From contig JAPLYL010000006.1 of NCBI GenBank assembly GCA_026395595.1, positions 12,146 to 76,145 of the forward strand: a stretch of 64,000 nt of DNA, read 5' to 3'. Under the pieces are notes generated by a model. The model ran no database searches, was not told where the DNA came from, and worked only from the letters and a program-made list of their open reading frames with translations. Shown here piece by piece: positions 48,484 to 57,701 of the stretch. Position numbers and translations under genes: made by a program. The DNA comes from Candidatus Parcubacteria bacterium. Lineage in GTDB: Bacteria > Patescibacteriota > Minisyncoccia > Phycocordibacterales > CAIJYI01. Numbering within the stretch: the first letter of the stretch is position 1; every line of letters starts with the position of its first letter.

Positions 48484-49695
48484 ATGGCCTATCCAAACAA
48501 AGCGAAAGATATATATGCAAATCAGCTCGCGGAGAAACGCGCAGCCGGGTTGTTCAAAGAAGAATACATTATTACCTCCCCCCAAGGCGCATGGATTACC
48601 GTGCAATTTCCGGAAGGGGCTCCCGAGAAAAAAGTTCTCAATCTTTGTTCAAACAATTACCTTGGACTTTCTTCTCACACCGACATCGTCAAGTCCGCCC
48701 ACGAAGGATTGGATTCCCGCGGATACGGCATGAGTTCGGTTCGTTTTATTTGCGGAACGCAAGACATTCACCGCCATCTTGAACGCAAAATGTCAGAGTT
48801 TTTGGGAATGGAAGATACCATTTTATTCGGCTCTTGCTTTGACGCGAACGGAGCGGTTTTTGAAGTTCTGCTCGGCGAAGAAGACGCGATTTTTTCTGAC
48901 CAGCTCGTCCACGCGTCTATCATAGACGGCGAACGGTTGGCAAAAAAAGTTCAGCGTTTTATCTATCCGCACAGCGACATGGCTGAACTTGAACGCCTGC
49001 TCAAAGAAAGCAACGCTCGTATGAAAATGATCGTTACCGATGGAGTCTTCTCTATGGACGGTGATATGGTCAAGTTGGACGAGATAACCGCTCTCGCCGA
49101 AAAATATGAGGCGATGGTTTTCGTTGATGATTCTCATGCCACCGGCTTTATCGGAAAGTCAGGACGCGGCACCCATGAACATTTTAATGTCATAGATAAG
49201 GTGGATATTATAACCACCACGTTCGGCAAAGCCTTAGGCGGCGCGACTGGCGGTTGCATCTCCGGCAAAAAAGAAATGATCGCGATGCTTCGGCAAGCCG
49301 GGCGCCCCTATCTTTTCTCTAATGCTCTGATGCCGGCGGTAGTCGCAGCGACAACAAAAGTTCTGGATATTCTTTCAGAAAGCACTGAACGTCGCGACAA
49401 GCTCGCCGACCTCGCAAAATTCTGGAGAGACGGTCTGACGAAAGCCGGCTTTGAATTGAAACCGGGCAATACGCCCATCATTCCCATTATGCTCTACGAC
49501 GCGAAACTCGCCCAAGATTTTGCCCGCGAGCTGTTTGAAGAAGGCGTATATGTTCGCGGTTTCTTCTATCCCGTAGTCGCCCAAGGTCAAGCGCGCATCC
49601 GCACGCAAATGTCCGCCGGACTGGAAAAGTCTGATCTGGAAAAAGCTCTTGAGTCTTTTATAAAAGTCGGAAAGAAACTCGGCGTATTGAAGTAA
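48484..49695 (+). CDS. kbl: glycine C-acetyltransferase (2-amino-3-ketobutyrate CoA ligase)
   Basis: PLP-dependent alpha-oxoamine synthase; PLP lysine region TTFGKALGGATGG; strong similarity to Kbl. Confidence 0.8.
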   Translation: MAYPNKAKDIYANQLAEKRAAGLFKEEYIITSPQGAWITVQFPEGAPEKKVLNLCSNNYLGLSSHTDIVKSAHEGLDSRGYGMSSVRFICGTQDIHRHLERKMSEFLGMEDTILFGSCFDANGAVFEVLLGEEDAIFSDQLVHASIIDGERLAKKVQRFIYPHSDMAELERLLKESNARMKMIVTDGVFSMDGDMVKLDEITALAEKYEAMVFVDDSHATGFIGKSGRGTHEHFNVIDKVDIITTTFGKALGGATGGCISGKKEMIAMLRQAGRPYLFSNALMPAVVAATTKVLDILSESTERRDKLADLAKFWRDGLTKAGFELKPGNTPIIPIMLYDAKLAQDFARELFEEGVYVRGFFYPVVAQGQARIRTQMSAGLEKSDLEKALESFIKVGKKLGVLK

Positions 49696-49745
49696 ACAAA
49701 AAAAGAACCCCGCAAAAGCGCTCTGCGTTTGCGGGGTTTTTCTTT
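49696..49745. terminator. bidirectional terminator
   Basis: ACCCCGCAAA-AGCGCTCTGCG-TTTGCGGGGT with an A-run before and a T-run after. Confidence 0.75.
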
Positions 49746-49748
49746 AGA

Positions 49749-49976
49749 CTAGTCTAAGTAAGGCTTCGGTATAAAAACGGGAACAAAATCTTCCCAATCG
49801 CCATGAAAAGCTCTCATTTGATTTTTTGTTTTGTTTCGCGCGATCTTGTTATGGATTCGGCGATCCACGGTGCATTCATCGATATGATTGCTGTTATGTT
49901 TATGCTGGCACCGTTCGTTCCAATGAAGCGGAATTGCGCGACGACTTTTTGTGGCGATTACTACGGCTTTGCGCAT
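49749..49976 (-). CDS. small basic hypothetical protein (75 aa)
   Basis: GAGGAG Shine-Dalgarno 8 nt before the internal ATG; downstream of the minus-strand TTGACA-16-TATAAT promoter at 50008-50035. Confidence 0.45.
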   Translation of the reverse strand: MRKAVVIATKSRRAIPLHWNERCQHKHNSNHIDECTVDRRIHNKIARNKTKNQMRAFHGDWEDFVPVFIPKPYLD

Positions 49977-50007
49977 TGCTTTTTCTCCTCTTGTTTGTCC
50001 GGATATT

Positions 50008-50035
50008 ATTATACCCGCCAATACACTTTTGTCAA
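50008..50035 (-). promoter_or_regulatory. sigma70-like promoter (TTGACA-16-TATAAT) on the minus strand
   Basis: Reverse complement reads TTGACAAAAGTGTATTGGCGGGTATAAT. Confidence 0.5.
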
Positions 50036-50043
50036 TGTCTGAT

Positions 50044-50071
50044 TGACTTTTAACAGTCAAAGTGATATAAT
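50044..50071 (+). promoter_or_regulatory. sigma70-like promoter (TTGACT-16-TATAAT), back to back with the minus-strand promoter
   Basis: TTGACTTTTAACAGTCAAAGTGATATAAT; the TTGACT/AGTCAA arms form an inverted repeat. Confidence 0.5.
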
Positions 50072-50117
50072 GGACTCAGATTTCACCACCCAGGTTCCCA
50101 AAGACAAGGAGGACGCC

Positions 50118-50369
50118 ATGGGACGCGCTAACTTTAACGTTCAAACCGAACGTCACAAAAAAACGTTGTTTCTTGATAACATCTTTTGTAGGGAGTGTAA
50201 AACACCCGTATTTGCAAATACGTTTGATTACAGTAATGCCGAAGACAAATGCCCTAAATGCGATCGGGACTTAACAAAAGTTGTCCCAAAAGCGAAAGCG
50301 TTGCAAAAACAGCTTCGAGAAGAACATGAAAGAAACAAAAACTACGTACCGCCGGAAAGATACGTATAG
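50118..50369 (+). CDS. small zinc-ribbon protein
   Basis: AAGGAGG Shine-Dalgarno; CRECKTP...CPKCDRD double CxxC. Confidence 0.5.
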   Translation: MGRANFNVQTERHKKTLFLDNIFCRECKTPVFANTFDYSNAEDKCPKCDRDLTKVVPKAKALQKQLREEHERNKNYVPPERYV

Positions 50370-50423
50370 TGCAAAAATAAATAGGGGGGGCTCAAAAGCC
50401 CTCCCTATTTTTATATGCCAGAA

Positions 50424-51854
50424 TTAGAGAACCAGCGCACTCGGCATAAACATCAACAGTAGGCCAAGCAAAAGCATCAACAATCCTCCAATCAAAAGCG
50501 AATACTTGGAATACTTTTCGCTCTTGTGAATTTTGTTTATTCCGTACAAAGCAAAACCGAAAACGACAATATCATCTGCCATATAGCCGAGCATGTAGAG
50601 AGCCATATACCCTTGATACTGCCAAAACGGAGGTTGATTCAATTCCAGCGTTTTTGTAAACACTTGCGGAATGCCGATAGAACAAGCGAACTCTATAATG
50701 TTGACCGACAAAGCGATGCCGATAATTCCGAGAGCCGTAGCAATAGTCAGTGGAGCGTTCGCCAGCTTATAAATCTTTCCGCTTATTTTTTCCTGATGTT
50801 CAATATCCGTTATATCGCAAGTCACCGTATCTTTTGCTTTCTTCCAGCGATACAAGAAGAAGAGTCCGCTTCCGAGCGAGAGCAAACCGACCATCGGCGT
50901 AACGATTTGATCTAAACCAACAAAATCCCATGTCTTGTACCACGCCGTTAAAATGGCGTAATACATAACCGCTTCAGCGAACAGAAATAGGCCCGCCACA
51001 TAAAACATTTTCTTTCGGTTTCCTATCTGAATGAGAGCAAGAAGAAAAGTAATGAGCACCCACAAAGCGCAAGGGTTGAAACCGTCAATAAAACCAAGCA
51101 CACCTGAAAGCGTAAAAAGAGAAAGGTCTTTCAAATCCGTTGGACCCAGAAAAGGAACATTAAAAACCAGATTCGTATTTCCCGGACCAACAATCCCGCA
51201 CTCTTTCGCATCAGCATCGCATCCGGAAGCGCCTTTTACCAATGTAGCTTTCTTATCATAAAAAGAAATCGGAACATCTTTCCCTTTTTTCGCCAATTCA
51301 ATCCCCGCGAGTATTTCTTTTCCGGTCGTTTCATCTCCTCCATATCCCTGTATAACCTTTCCTCCAACGAGAGTGAGAGGAGTTACGTGCGGAAGATCGT
51401 TGACCGAGGTAATGGCGTTAAAAAGTTCTTTCACTTTCGGATCTTTGACAATGTCGTAGTATTCCAAAGCGACTTCCGGGTGTAAAGGCAAATAACCGGA
51501 AAGGAATTTCTTTTCCGCTTTACAGAATTGGCAATCTTCCCTGCCGAAAAAATATATATGAGAAGACACCGCCACAGATTGCGCCGAAACAGTTGCTATG
51601 GGAGCGGAAAGCGCATACAAAGAAACCGCCGTAGCGTTATCGGTATTTCTCCCCGAAAAATGGAAAGAAACAGAAGCAAGAAGAAAGCCGAAGACGAATG
51701 AAAACAAAAAGGCTCCGCCAATCGTGCTATATTTCCGTAAGGTTGAAGCTTCCCGTACCTCCTCCGCAAATTCTTTTCTTTGAATAGGCAGTATCGGCAG
51801 AGTATTTTGCTGCATCATCTCTCTCCCTCTCTTTCTGTTTTTCTTCTTGGACAT
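50424..51854 (-). CDS. thioredoxin-fold domain fused to a DsbD/CcdA-family thiol:disulfide transmembrane protein
   Basis: N-terminal CQFC (CxxC) region followed by a polytopic domain with conserved Cys in FNPCALWVL and EFACSIGIP. Confidence 0.5.
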   Translation of the reverse strand: MSKKKNRKRGREMMQQNTLPILPIQRKEFAEEVREASTLRKYSTIGGAFLFSFVFGFLLASVSFHFSGRNTDNATAVSLYALSAPIATVSAQSVAVSSHIYFFGREDCQFCKAEKKFLSGYLPLHPEVALEYYDIVKDPKVKELFNAITSVNDLPHVTPLTLVGGKVIQGYGGDETTGKEILAGIELAKKGKDVPISFYDKKATLVKGASGCDADAKECGIVGPGNTNLVFNVPFLGPTDLKDLSLFTLSGVLGFIDGFNPCALWVLITFLLALIQIGNRKKMFYVAGLFLFAEAVMYYAILTAWYKTWDFVGLDQIVTPMVGLLSLGSGLFFLYRWKKAKDTVTCDITDIEHQEKISGKIYKLANAPLTIATALGIIGIALSVNIIEFACSIGIPQVFTKTLELNQPPFWQYQGYMALYMLGYMADDIVVFGFALYGINKIHKSEKYSKYSLLIGGLLMLLLGLLLMFMPSALVL

Positions 51855-51858
51855 TTTG

Positions 51859-51960
51859 TTAAAGAAATCACAGACGGAGGTCTTTCCTTAAAGAGGAACG
51901 CAGCGAAGCGTAGTGACGGGGAAAGGAGAGACCTCGGGTAGTGATTTCGGTTAGAACAAT
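51859..51960 (+). repeat. structured repeat element, copy A
   Basis: ~90% identical to copy B (61525-61626); outer stem GAAATCAC/GTGATTTC; inner 11-bp stem GGTCTTTCCTT/AAGGAGAGACC; loop AAGAGGAACGCAGCGAAGCGTAGTGACGGGG. Confidence 0.6.
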
Positions 51961-51989
51961 AATAGACAATAAGCGACTTGAAACAATTT

Positions 51990-53210
51990 TTATCCAAACA
52001 CTTTCTTCACCTCCAGAATCCCGGCAATAAGTGCATCAATATCTTCTTTGTCATTATAAAAATATATGCTCGCTCTCGTCACCGCGTACACCCCCATGGA
52101 TTTTACGAGCGGTTGCGCGCAGTGATGTCCGGCTCTCGTCGCCACTCCGTGTCTCGCCAAAATTTCGCTCGTGTCATGCGGATGAGCTCCGTCAACCAAG
52201 AAAGAGATAACGCCGATATTCTTTTCCGGATTCATCTGCGAATATATCGTTACGCCTTCAACCTTTTCCAATTCAACAAGGGCGTACCTTGTAATTTCTT
52301 GAATATGATTTTCTATATTTTTCACTCCGATTTTTTCCAGATACTCGCAGGCAACGCCGAGACCGATGGCGCCGGCGATATTGGGTGTTCCCGCTTCAAA
52401 TTTTGCGGGAGCGAGCGCATAGGAAGCCTCTTCTTCAAAAACTTCTTCCACCATTCCTCCGCCAAAATTCCCGGGAGTCAGTTTGTCCAAGATCTCTTTC
52501 TTTCCGTACAGTACGCCGATTCCTGTCGGCCCGCACATTTTATGCCCGGAGAAAAAGAGAAAATCGCATCCGATTTCTTTTACATCAAGCGGAATATGCC
52601 CCGCCGCTTGTGTGGCATCTATCAAAGAATACGCTCCGACTTTTTTCGCCAAGTCCGACAGTAATTTCATATTGTTGATCGTTCCCGTCACATTGGAAAC
52701 GCCGACGCAAGCGACCAGTTTTGTTTTTTTCGTAATGAATTTCTCCGCCTCGTTGTAATCCAATTCTTTTCCGGACAGCATTGGGATTATCCGCAATCGC
52801 AGTTTTTTTCGTTTCGCCAATTCCTGCAGCGGAACCAAAACCGAATGGTGCTCCATCATCGTCGTTACGATTTCATCGCCTTCTTGAAAGACACCGGAAT
52901 TTTCCAGCGAATAGATAAGAAGATTGGAAGAAGCGGTTGCATTGGCGGTAAAAATAATTTCCCTCTCATTGGCATTGATAAATTTCACTACTTTCGTCCG
53001 CGCTTCGTCATATGCTTTGCTCGCTCTTTGAGAGAGCGGATACAGTCCGCGATTCACATTTGCGCGGTAAGAATGGTAGTACTCAGTTTCCGATTCCACC
53101 ACAACATCCGGCGTCTGAGACGTCGCTGAATTATCCAAATATACCAAATCTTTCTGCTCCTCGTTTTGAAAGAGAAAAAAGTCCTTTTTGAGAGTTTTTG
53201 TATCAAGCAT
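51990..53210 (-). CDS. sufS: cysteine desulfurase (class V aminotransferase, SufS-like)
   Basis: PLP lysine region FFSGHKMCGPTGIGVL; C-terminal catalytic Cys region RAGHHCAQP. Confidence 0.8.
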   Translation of the reverse strand: MLDTKTLKKDFFLFQNEEQKDLVYLDNSATSQTPDVVVESETEYYHSYRANVNRGLYPLSQRASKAYDEARTKVVKFINANEREIIFTANATASSNLLIYSLENSGVFQEGDEIVTTMMEHHSVLVPLQELAKRKKLRLRIIPMLSGKELDYNEAEKFITKKTKLVACVGVSNVTGTINNMKLLSDLAKKVGAYSLIDATQAAGHIPLDVKEIGCDFLFFSGHKMCGPTGIGVLYGKKEILDKLTPGNFGGGMVEEVFEEEASYALAPAKFEAGTPNIAGAIGLGVACEYLEKIGVKNIENHIQEITRYALVELEKVEGVTIYSQMNPEKNIGVISFLVDGAHPHDTSEILARHGVATRAGHHCAQPLVKSMGVYAVTRASIYFYNDKEDIDALIAGILEVKKVFG

Positions 53211-53240
53211 GGTCTGGATATTATACCCCCCCCATGGCTT

Positions 53241-54335
53241 TTAATCAAAGCGATACATCGGCGAGGAAAGTTTTTTGTTGATGGGTTCCAGAAAGGCGGT
53301 CTGCCATTTTGGCGGGAGTTTTTCCAGAGGTTTGGCGAGAAAACCGGAAAGCAGCATCACTTGCGCGCGATAAGGCGCGATACCGCGGAGCGCGGGATAA
53401 AAATAATCACTGTCACGGAGATGGCTTATGGAAAGCGCGTGGGAAGAACTGGATTCCGAACTTCCGATATCAAGCGACGGGATAGCGTCAATTTCTGCGC
53501 CCGAACTGGCAATAAGAAAACGTCCGTCCTGTCTGCCGGTAGCTCCGACAACACCCTCACAAATATCTGAAAGCGCGCGGTATACGATTTTTCCGCCGCC
53601 TCCCGCAATTCCCCGCGCAAAAATATGCGAAGCGGTGTTATCGGCTTCGTGTCTTGAAGTATTATAAATATCAAAATTTTCTCCTGAACAAAGCGCCATG
53701 TCATAAACATACGATTCCGCTCCGTTGCCTGCCAGAGAATCTTCGGTTATAGATCGTATCATTTCCGAACCCGAAAAAAGTCCATACCATTCCATTTTTC
53801 CGTTTTCCAAAACGCGAGAAGAACGGTGAGAAAAATACGCGCTTCCGGCAGAAATATCCGTCGTCCCCGCAAAAGTAACGCTCGCGCCTTTTTCAGCGAG
53901 AACAAAGATATTCCGTCCAAAGAAAACAGGGTTTTTATTCGTCGCCGTTTCAAAAATATGCAAAACAGAATTTTCTTTCGCCGCAACAAAAATGGTGTCC
54001 GAACCGCTTTTTTCAATAATCGTAGAAAGTTCAAAAGAAACCTCCGCCCCTTTGTCTGCGATTATCACCAGCCCGTCGCTAAAATTCTCAAAAGATTTGG
54101 CAAAATAGTTGTCGGTAAAAACAGGTTTTTTTCTCTCTCTTAATACCAAAATAATATCCGGATCTTCCACCGCTTTTTTCCACGGCAAAACACGAAGACC
54201 CGAAGTTTCTTCGTACTGATACTGAACCGCGTTCTCCTCAAACTTTTGTTCAAGTGCCGCCGCAGTTGCAAAAATACCGAGTCCATATGAACCGGTTTTC
54301 GCAAATTCTTTAGCTGCCCGTGTTTTTATTGACAT
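53241..54335 (-). CDS. sufD: Fe-S cluster assembly protein SufD-like
   Basis: C-terminal SufB/D family region (ENFDIY...LRGIAPYRAQVMLLSGF); context with sufB and sufS. Confidence 0.6.
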   Translation of the reverse strand: MSIKTRAAKEFAKTGSYGLGIFATAAALEQKFEENAVQYQYEETSGLRVLPWKKAVEDPDIILVLRERKKPVFTDNYFAKSFENFSDGLVIIADKGAEVSFELSTIIEKSGSDTIFVAAKENSVLHIFETATNKNPVFFGRNIFVLAEKGASVTFAGTTDISAGSAYFSHRSSRVLENGKMEWYGLFSGSEMIRSITEDSLAGNGAESYVYDMALCSGENFDIYNTSRHEADNTASHIFARGIAGGGGKIVYRALSDICEGVVGATGRQDGRFLIASSGAEIDAIPSLDIGSSESSSSHALSISHLRDSDYFYPALRGIAPYRAQVMLLSGFLAKPLEKLPPKWQTAFLEPINKKLSSPMYRFD

Positions 54336-54391
54336 TTAGATATTTACATTATACCATTTTACTTGAAAAGTAAACCGCGAAGGAGAGAACA

Positions 54392-54655
54392 GTGAGCGAA
54401 AACGAAAAGAAAATACTGGTTTTAATGTTATTGTTAAGAATAACAAAATTAGGCGCCGATTGTAAAATGGAAGAATACGTCAAAACCGAGCTTGGTTTAA
54501 GCGATCCCGATTTTGATACCGCGAAAGATTCTTTAGAAAAAGCCGGATTAGTACATTATCAATGCGGTAACAGTGATTCCTGTTGTCCCTTTTCTTTTAC
54601 CGTAAAAGGAGCCGAAACCGCCAGAAAAGTTCTTATGGAACAGTTGTTTCATTAA
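54392..54655 (+). CDS. small hypothetical protein (GTG start) on the strand opposite the suf genes
   Basis: AAGGAGAG Shine-Dalgarno 4 nt before GTG; Cys cluster QCGNSDSCC; terminator at 54665-54690. Confidence 0.45.
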   Translation: MSENEKKILVLMLLLRITKLGADCKMEEYVKTELGLSDPDFDTAKDSLEKAGLVHYQCGNSDSCCPFSFTVKGAETARKVLMEQLFH

Positions 54656-54700
54656 GATAAACAATCCCCGCAAACCGCGGGGATTTTTAATACTTATATT

Positions 54701-56044
54701 TTATCCCTGCCCTTCCATTTCCAATTCAATCAGTTTATTCAATTCAATCGCGTATTCAAACGGCAAAGCTTTTACAATCGGATCCACAAAACCGGAAATG
54801 ATCATTCTCTCCGCTTCATTCTCCGAAATACCTCGGCTCTGCAGGTAAAAAATTTCCGCTTGGCTTATCTTCCCTACTTTCGCTTCATGGGAAATTTCCA
54901 CCTGATTGTTTTCATTTTTAATGGACGGATACGTATTGGAATGAGATTTTTCATCCAAGATAAGAGCGTCGCAAACCACTAATGATCGACTTCCTGTCGC
55001 TCGTTTCGCGATCTTCACCAGTCCGCGATAATTGGAAATTCCTCCGTCTTTGGAAATGCTTTTGGAACGAATCGTGGAAGTCGTATTCGGCGCCATATGA
55101 ACCGCTTTTGAACCGGTGTCCTGCAATTGTCCCGCTCCGGCAAACACAATCCCAAGATTATCAGACTTCGCCCTTTCTCCTAAAAGCACTGATGAAGGAT
55201 AGAGCATGGTTACCGCCGATCCGAGATTACCGTTCACCCACTGAACCTCCGCATCTTCATACACGAGCGCTTTTTTGGTATTCAAGTTATACGTATTCTT
55301 TGACCAGTTTTCAATGCTCAAGTATTTTATCTTCGCGCCTTTATGCACGAAAAGTTCCACGCATCCGGCATGGAGAGAAGAAGCATTGTATCGCGGAGCG
55401 GAACATCCTTCAATATATTCCACGGAAGAACCTTCATCGGCAATGATAAGCGTATGTTCAAACTGCGCCGAACCTTCGCGATTCATACGGAAATACGCCT
55501 GCAACGGCAGAGCGACTTTCACACCTTTTGGAACGTAAATAAATGTTCCTCCGCTCCAAACGGCAGCATGAAGCATAACAAATTTGTGTTCCGCCGGAGA
55601 CACGCACTGCGTCATAAAATACTTTTTCACGAGTTCGGGATATTTCTCAAGCGCAACATCCATGTTCTCAAAAATAACGCCCTTATCGGAAAGTTCTTTT
55701 TTGATGCGGTGATACACCACGCCTGAGTCATATTGCGCGCCGACGCCTCCGAGATACTCGCGTTCCGCCGCGGGAATGCCGAGCTTGTCAAACGTATCGG
55801 AAATTTCTTTCGGCAACTCTTTCCACTCCGTTTTTTCCGCCACTTCGGGAGAAACGTAATAGATCATATTTTCCAAATCCAGCCTGGCAAGCGAAGGCCC
55901 CCAATCAGGCAGAGCTTTTTCATTATACATTCTGAGTGCAGACAGCCGTTTTTGGAGCATCCATTCCGGCTCTTTTTTGTCAGCCGAAATACGCCGAACC
56001 AAAGATTCGGAGAGTCCTTTTTCCATTTCAGCCTCGTTTGACAT
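54701..56044 (-). CDS. sufB: Fe-S cluster assembly protein SufB
   Basis: Highly conserved SufB C-terminal region (ISHEAKVGKISQAEIFYLQSRGISENEAERMIISGF). Confidence 0.85.
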   Translation of the reverse strand: MSNEAEMEKGLSESLVRRISADKKEPEWMLQKRLSALRMYNEKALPDWGPSLARLDLENMIYYVSPEVAEKTEWKELPKEISDTFDKLGIPAAEREYLGGVGAQYDSGVVYHRIKKELSDKGVIFENMDVALEKYPELVKKYFMTQCVSPAEHKFVMLHAAVWSGGTFIYVPKGVKVALPLQAYFRMNREGSAQFEHTLIIADEGSSVEYIEGCSAPRYNASSLHAGCVELFVHKGAKIKYLSIENWSKNTYNLNTKKALVYEDAEVQWVNGNLGSAVTMLYPSSVLLGERAKSDNLGIVFAGAGQLQDTGSKAVHMAPNTTSTIRSKSISKDGGISNYRGLVKIAKRATGSRSLVVCDALILDEKSHSNTYPSIKNENNQVEISHEAKVGKISQAEIFYLQSRGISENEAERMIISGFVDPIVKALPFEYAIELNKLIELEMEGQG

Positions 56045-56112
56045 GATGTTATGTATATTATACGACTATAACACCATTGTAAACATTTCTTTTCACACCC
56101 CCTCTTGCCAAA

Positions 56113-56703
56113 ATGTGTGATACACTGTATACCATCACACGCATGGAACGCGACGACCGACAACTTATCGCAAGCGCCATCGTCGGGGACGACGATGCTT
56201 TTGCTTTTCTCGTACACCGGCATCTGCCTGCCGTGTATAATTTCGCGTACCGTTTCGGCGGAAAGGAAGAAGCCGATGATATCGCGCAAGAAACCTTTTT
56301 CAAAATCTGGAAAAATCTCAAGAAATTCCGTCCCGAAGAAAATTTCAAAACGTGGATGTTTTCCATTGCCCGCAACACGACCATAGACCACATGCGCAAA
56401 AAAAGAGACATTACTTTCTCAAATTTTGAAAATGCCGACGGAGAGAATTTTTTTGAAGAAACCCTGACCGATACCGAACCGCTCGCCGACGAGATATTCG
56501 CTCGTGCTGAAAAAGAAAAACACCTGGAAAAATTTCTTGCCGAACTCCCCCCTCTCTATCGCGAAGTTCTTATTCTCCACTACCAAAACAATTTCACCTT
56601 TGAAGAAATAGGTCAGATTCTTAAAAAACCGATTCATACCGTTAAAAGTCAGCATCGCAGAGCGTTAGAACAGCTTCGGGGTCTCTTCAGTGCACCAAAA
56701 TAG
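56113..56703 (+). CDS. ECF-type RNA polymerase sigma-70 factor
   Basis: Region 2 (FLVHRHLPAVYNFAYRF...AQETFFKIWKNL) and region 4 (YREVLILHYQNNFTFEEIGQILKKPIHTVKSQHRRALEQL); probable start at ATG 56143. Confidence 0.75.
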   Translation: MCDTLYTITRMERDDRQLIASAIVGDDDAFAFLVHRHLPAVYNFAYRFGGKEEADDIAQETFFKIWKNLKKFRPEENFKTWMFSIARNTTIDHMRKKRDITFSNFENADGENFFEETLTDTEPLADEIFARAEKEKHLEKFLAELPPLYREVLILHYQNNFTFEEIGQILKKPIHTVKSQHRRALEQLRGLFSAPK

Positions 56704-56726
56704 CCTTTCATTCCGTACTATTCAGT

Positions 56727-57131
56727 ATGGATAAAAATCATAAAAAATTTCTTCCCGGACTGGCCAATATCATCCCTCCGAGAGAAGTCTATCATCATAT
56801 TCTTTTCCGTATAGAAACAGAGCGAGTTCGGTCCGCAAGAATACGTCTTGCCCTGTTTAGTACGGCTTCCTTGCTTGCAGGAGCGGCGTTTTATCCCGCC
56901 TTTCAATATGCGTTGCAGGGCATCTACCGTTCGGGCTCTTATGAATATATCTCTCTCATTTTCTCCGACGGAACAGCGCTTCTTCCTTATTGGAAAGAAT
57001 TTTTCTTTACGCTTATTGACGCTTTGCCGGTCTTTGAGATCGCTTTAATTCTTACTCTTGCTCTGGTATTTCTTGAGTCAATCAAATTATCCGTTAAAAA
57101 TATGCCGCGGGCTTTTTATCAATTCAATTAA
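56727..57131 (+). CDS. membrane protein, putative anti-sigma factor partner
   Basis: Begins 24 nt after the sigma gene; two or more TM helices. Confidence 0.4.
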   Translation: MDKNHKKFLPGLANIIPPREVYHHILFRIETERVRSARIRLALFSTASLLAGAAFYPAFQYALQGIYRSGSYEYISLIFSDGTALLPYWKEFFFTLIDALPVFEIALILTLALVFLESIKLSVKNMPRAFYQFN

Positions 57132-57147
57132 CCAATCAAAAATCTTT

Positions 57148-57639
57148 ATGAAATTCAAAAATTTTCTTCAATCAGACAAAGCAAAACATATTCTCACAGG
57201 AATCGGCATTGCCATTATCGCGCTCGTTATTTTTCAAGCGGGCATATTCGTCGGTTTCAAGAAAGCATCCTTTTCCGGACGTTTAGGGGATAATTATTAT
57301 CAGACCTTCGGTAACCGCAATTCAGAACGAGGGTTTCCGGAAATGCGCGGAATGGATTTGCCGAACACGCACGGAACTATCGGAAAAGTCGCAGTCATCG
57401 CTTTACCAAAAATAGTCGTCGCAGATAGAGACGGAGTAGAAAAAACAGTCCTTCTCAACGAAAAAACCGATATCCGCCGTTTCCGAGATTCCATAAAACC
57501 CGAAGAACTCAAGGCTGGAGATTTTGTAACCATCATCGGAGACCCCAACGATAACGGACAAATAGAAGCGAGACTCATCCGAGTTATGCCCGTGCCTCCC
57601 AGTGCTCCTTTTCAAGACAAACAAACGGATAATAAATAG
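57148..57639 (+). CDS. membrane-anchored hypothetical protein (paralog of 61663-62112)
   Basis: N-terminal TM, Gly/Arg-rich linker, ~80-aa C-terminal domain alignable with the 61663 protein (G.I...I.V.DR.G...V.L...T...L..G..V.I.G.PN..G.I.A..I.V.P). Confidence 0.5.
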   Translation: MKFKNFLQSDKAKHILTGIGIAIIALVIFQAGIFVGFKKASFSGRLGDNYYQTFGNRNSERGFPEMRGMDLPNTHGTIGKVAVIALPKIVVADRDGVEKTVLLNEKTDIRRFRDSIKPEELKAGDFVTIIGDPNDNGQIEARLIRVMPVPPSAPFQDKQTDNK

Positions 57640-57701
57640 AAAAATATCATCCTCATCTTTTTTCTATTTTCCTATTTTATTATTTTGCTATTTAAATACA
57701 T

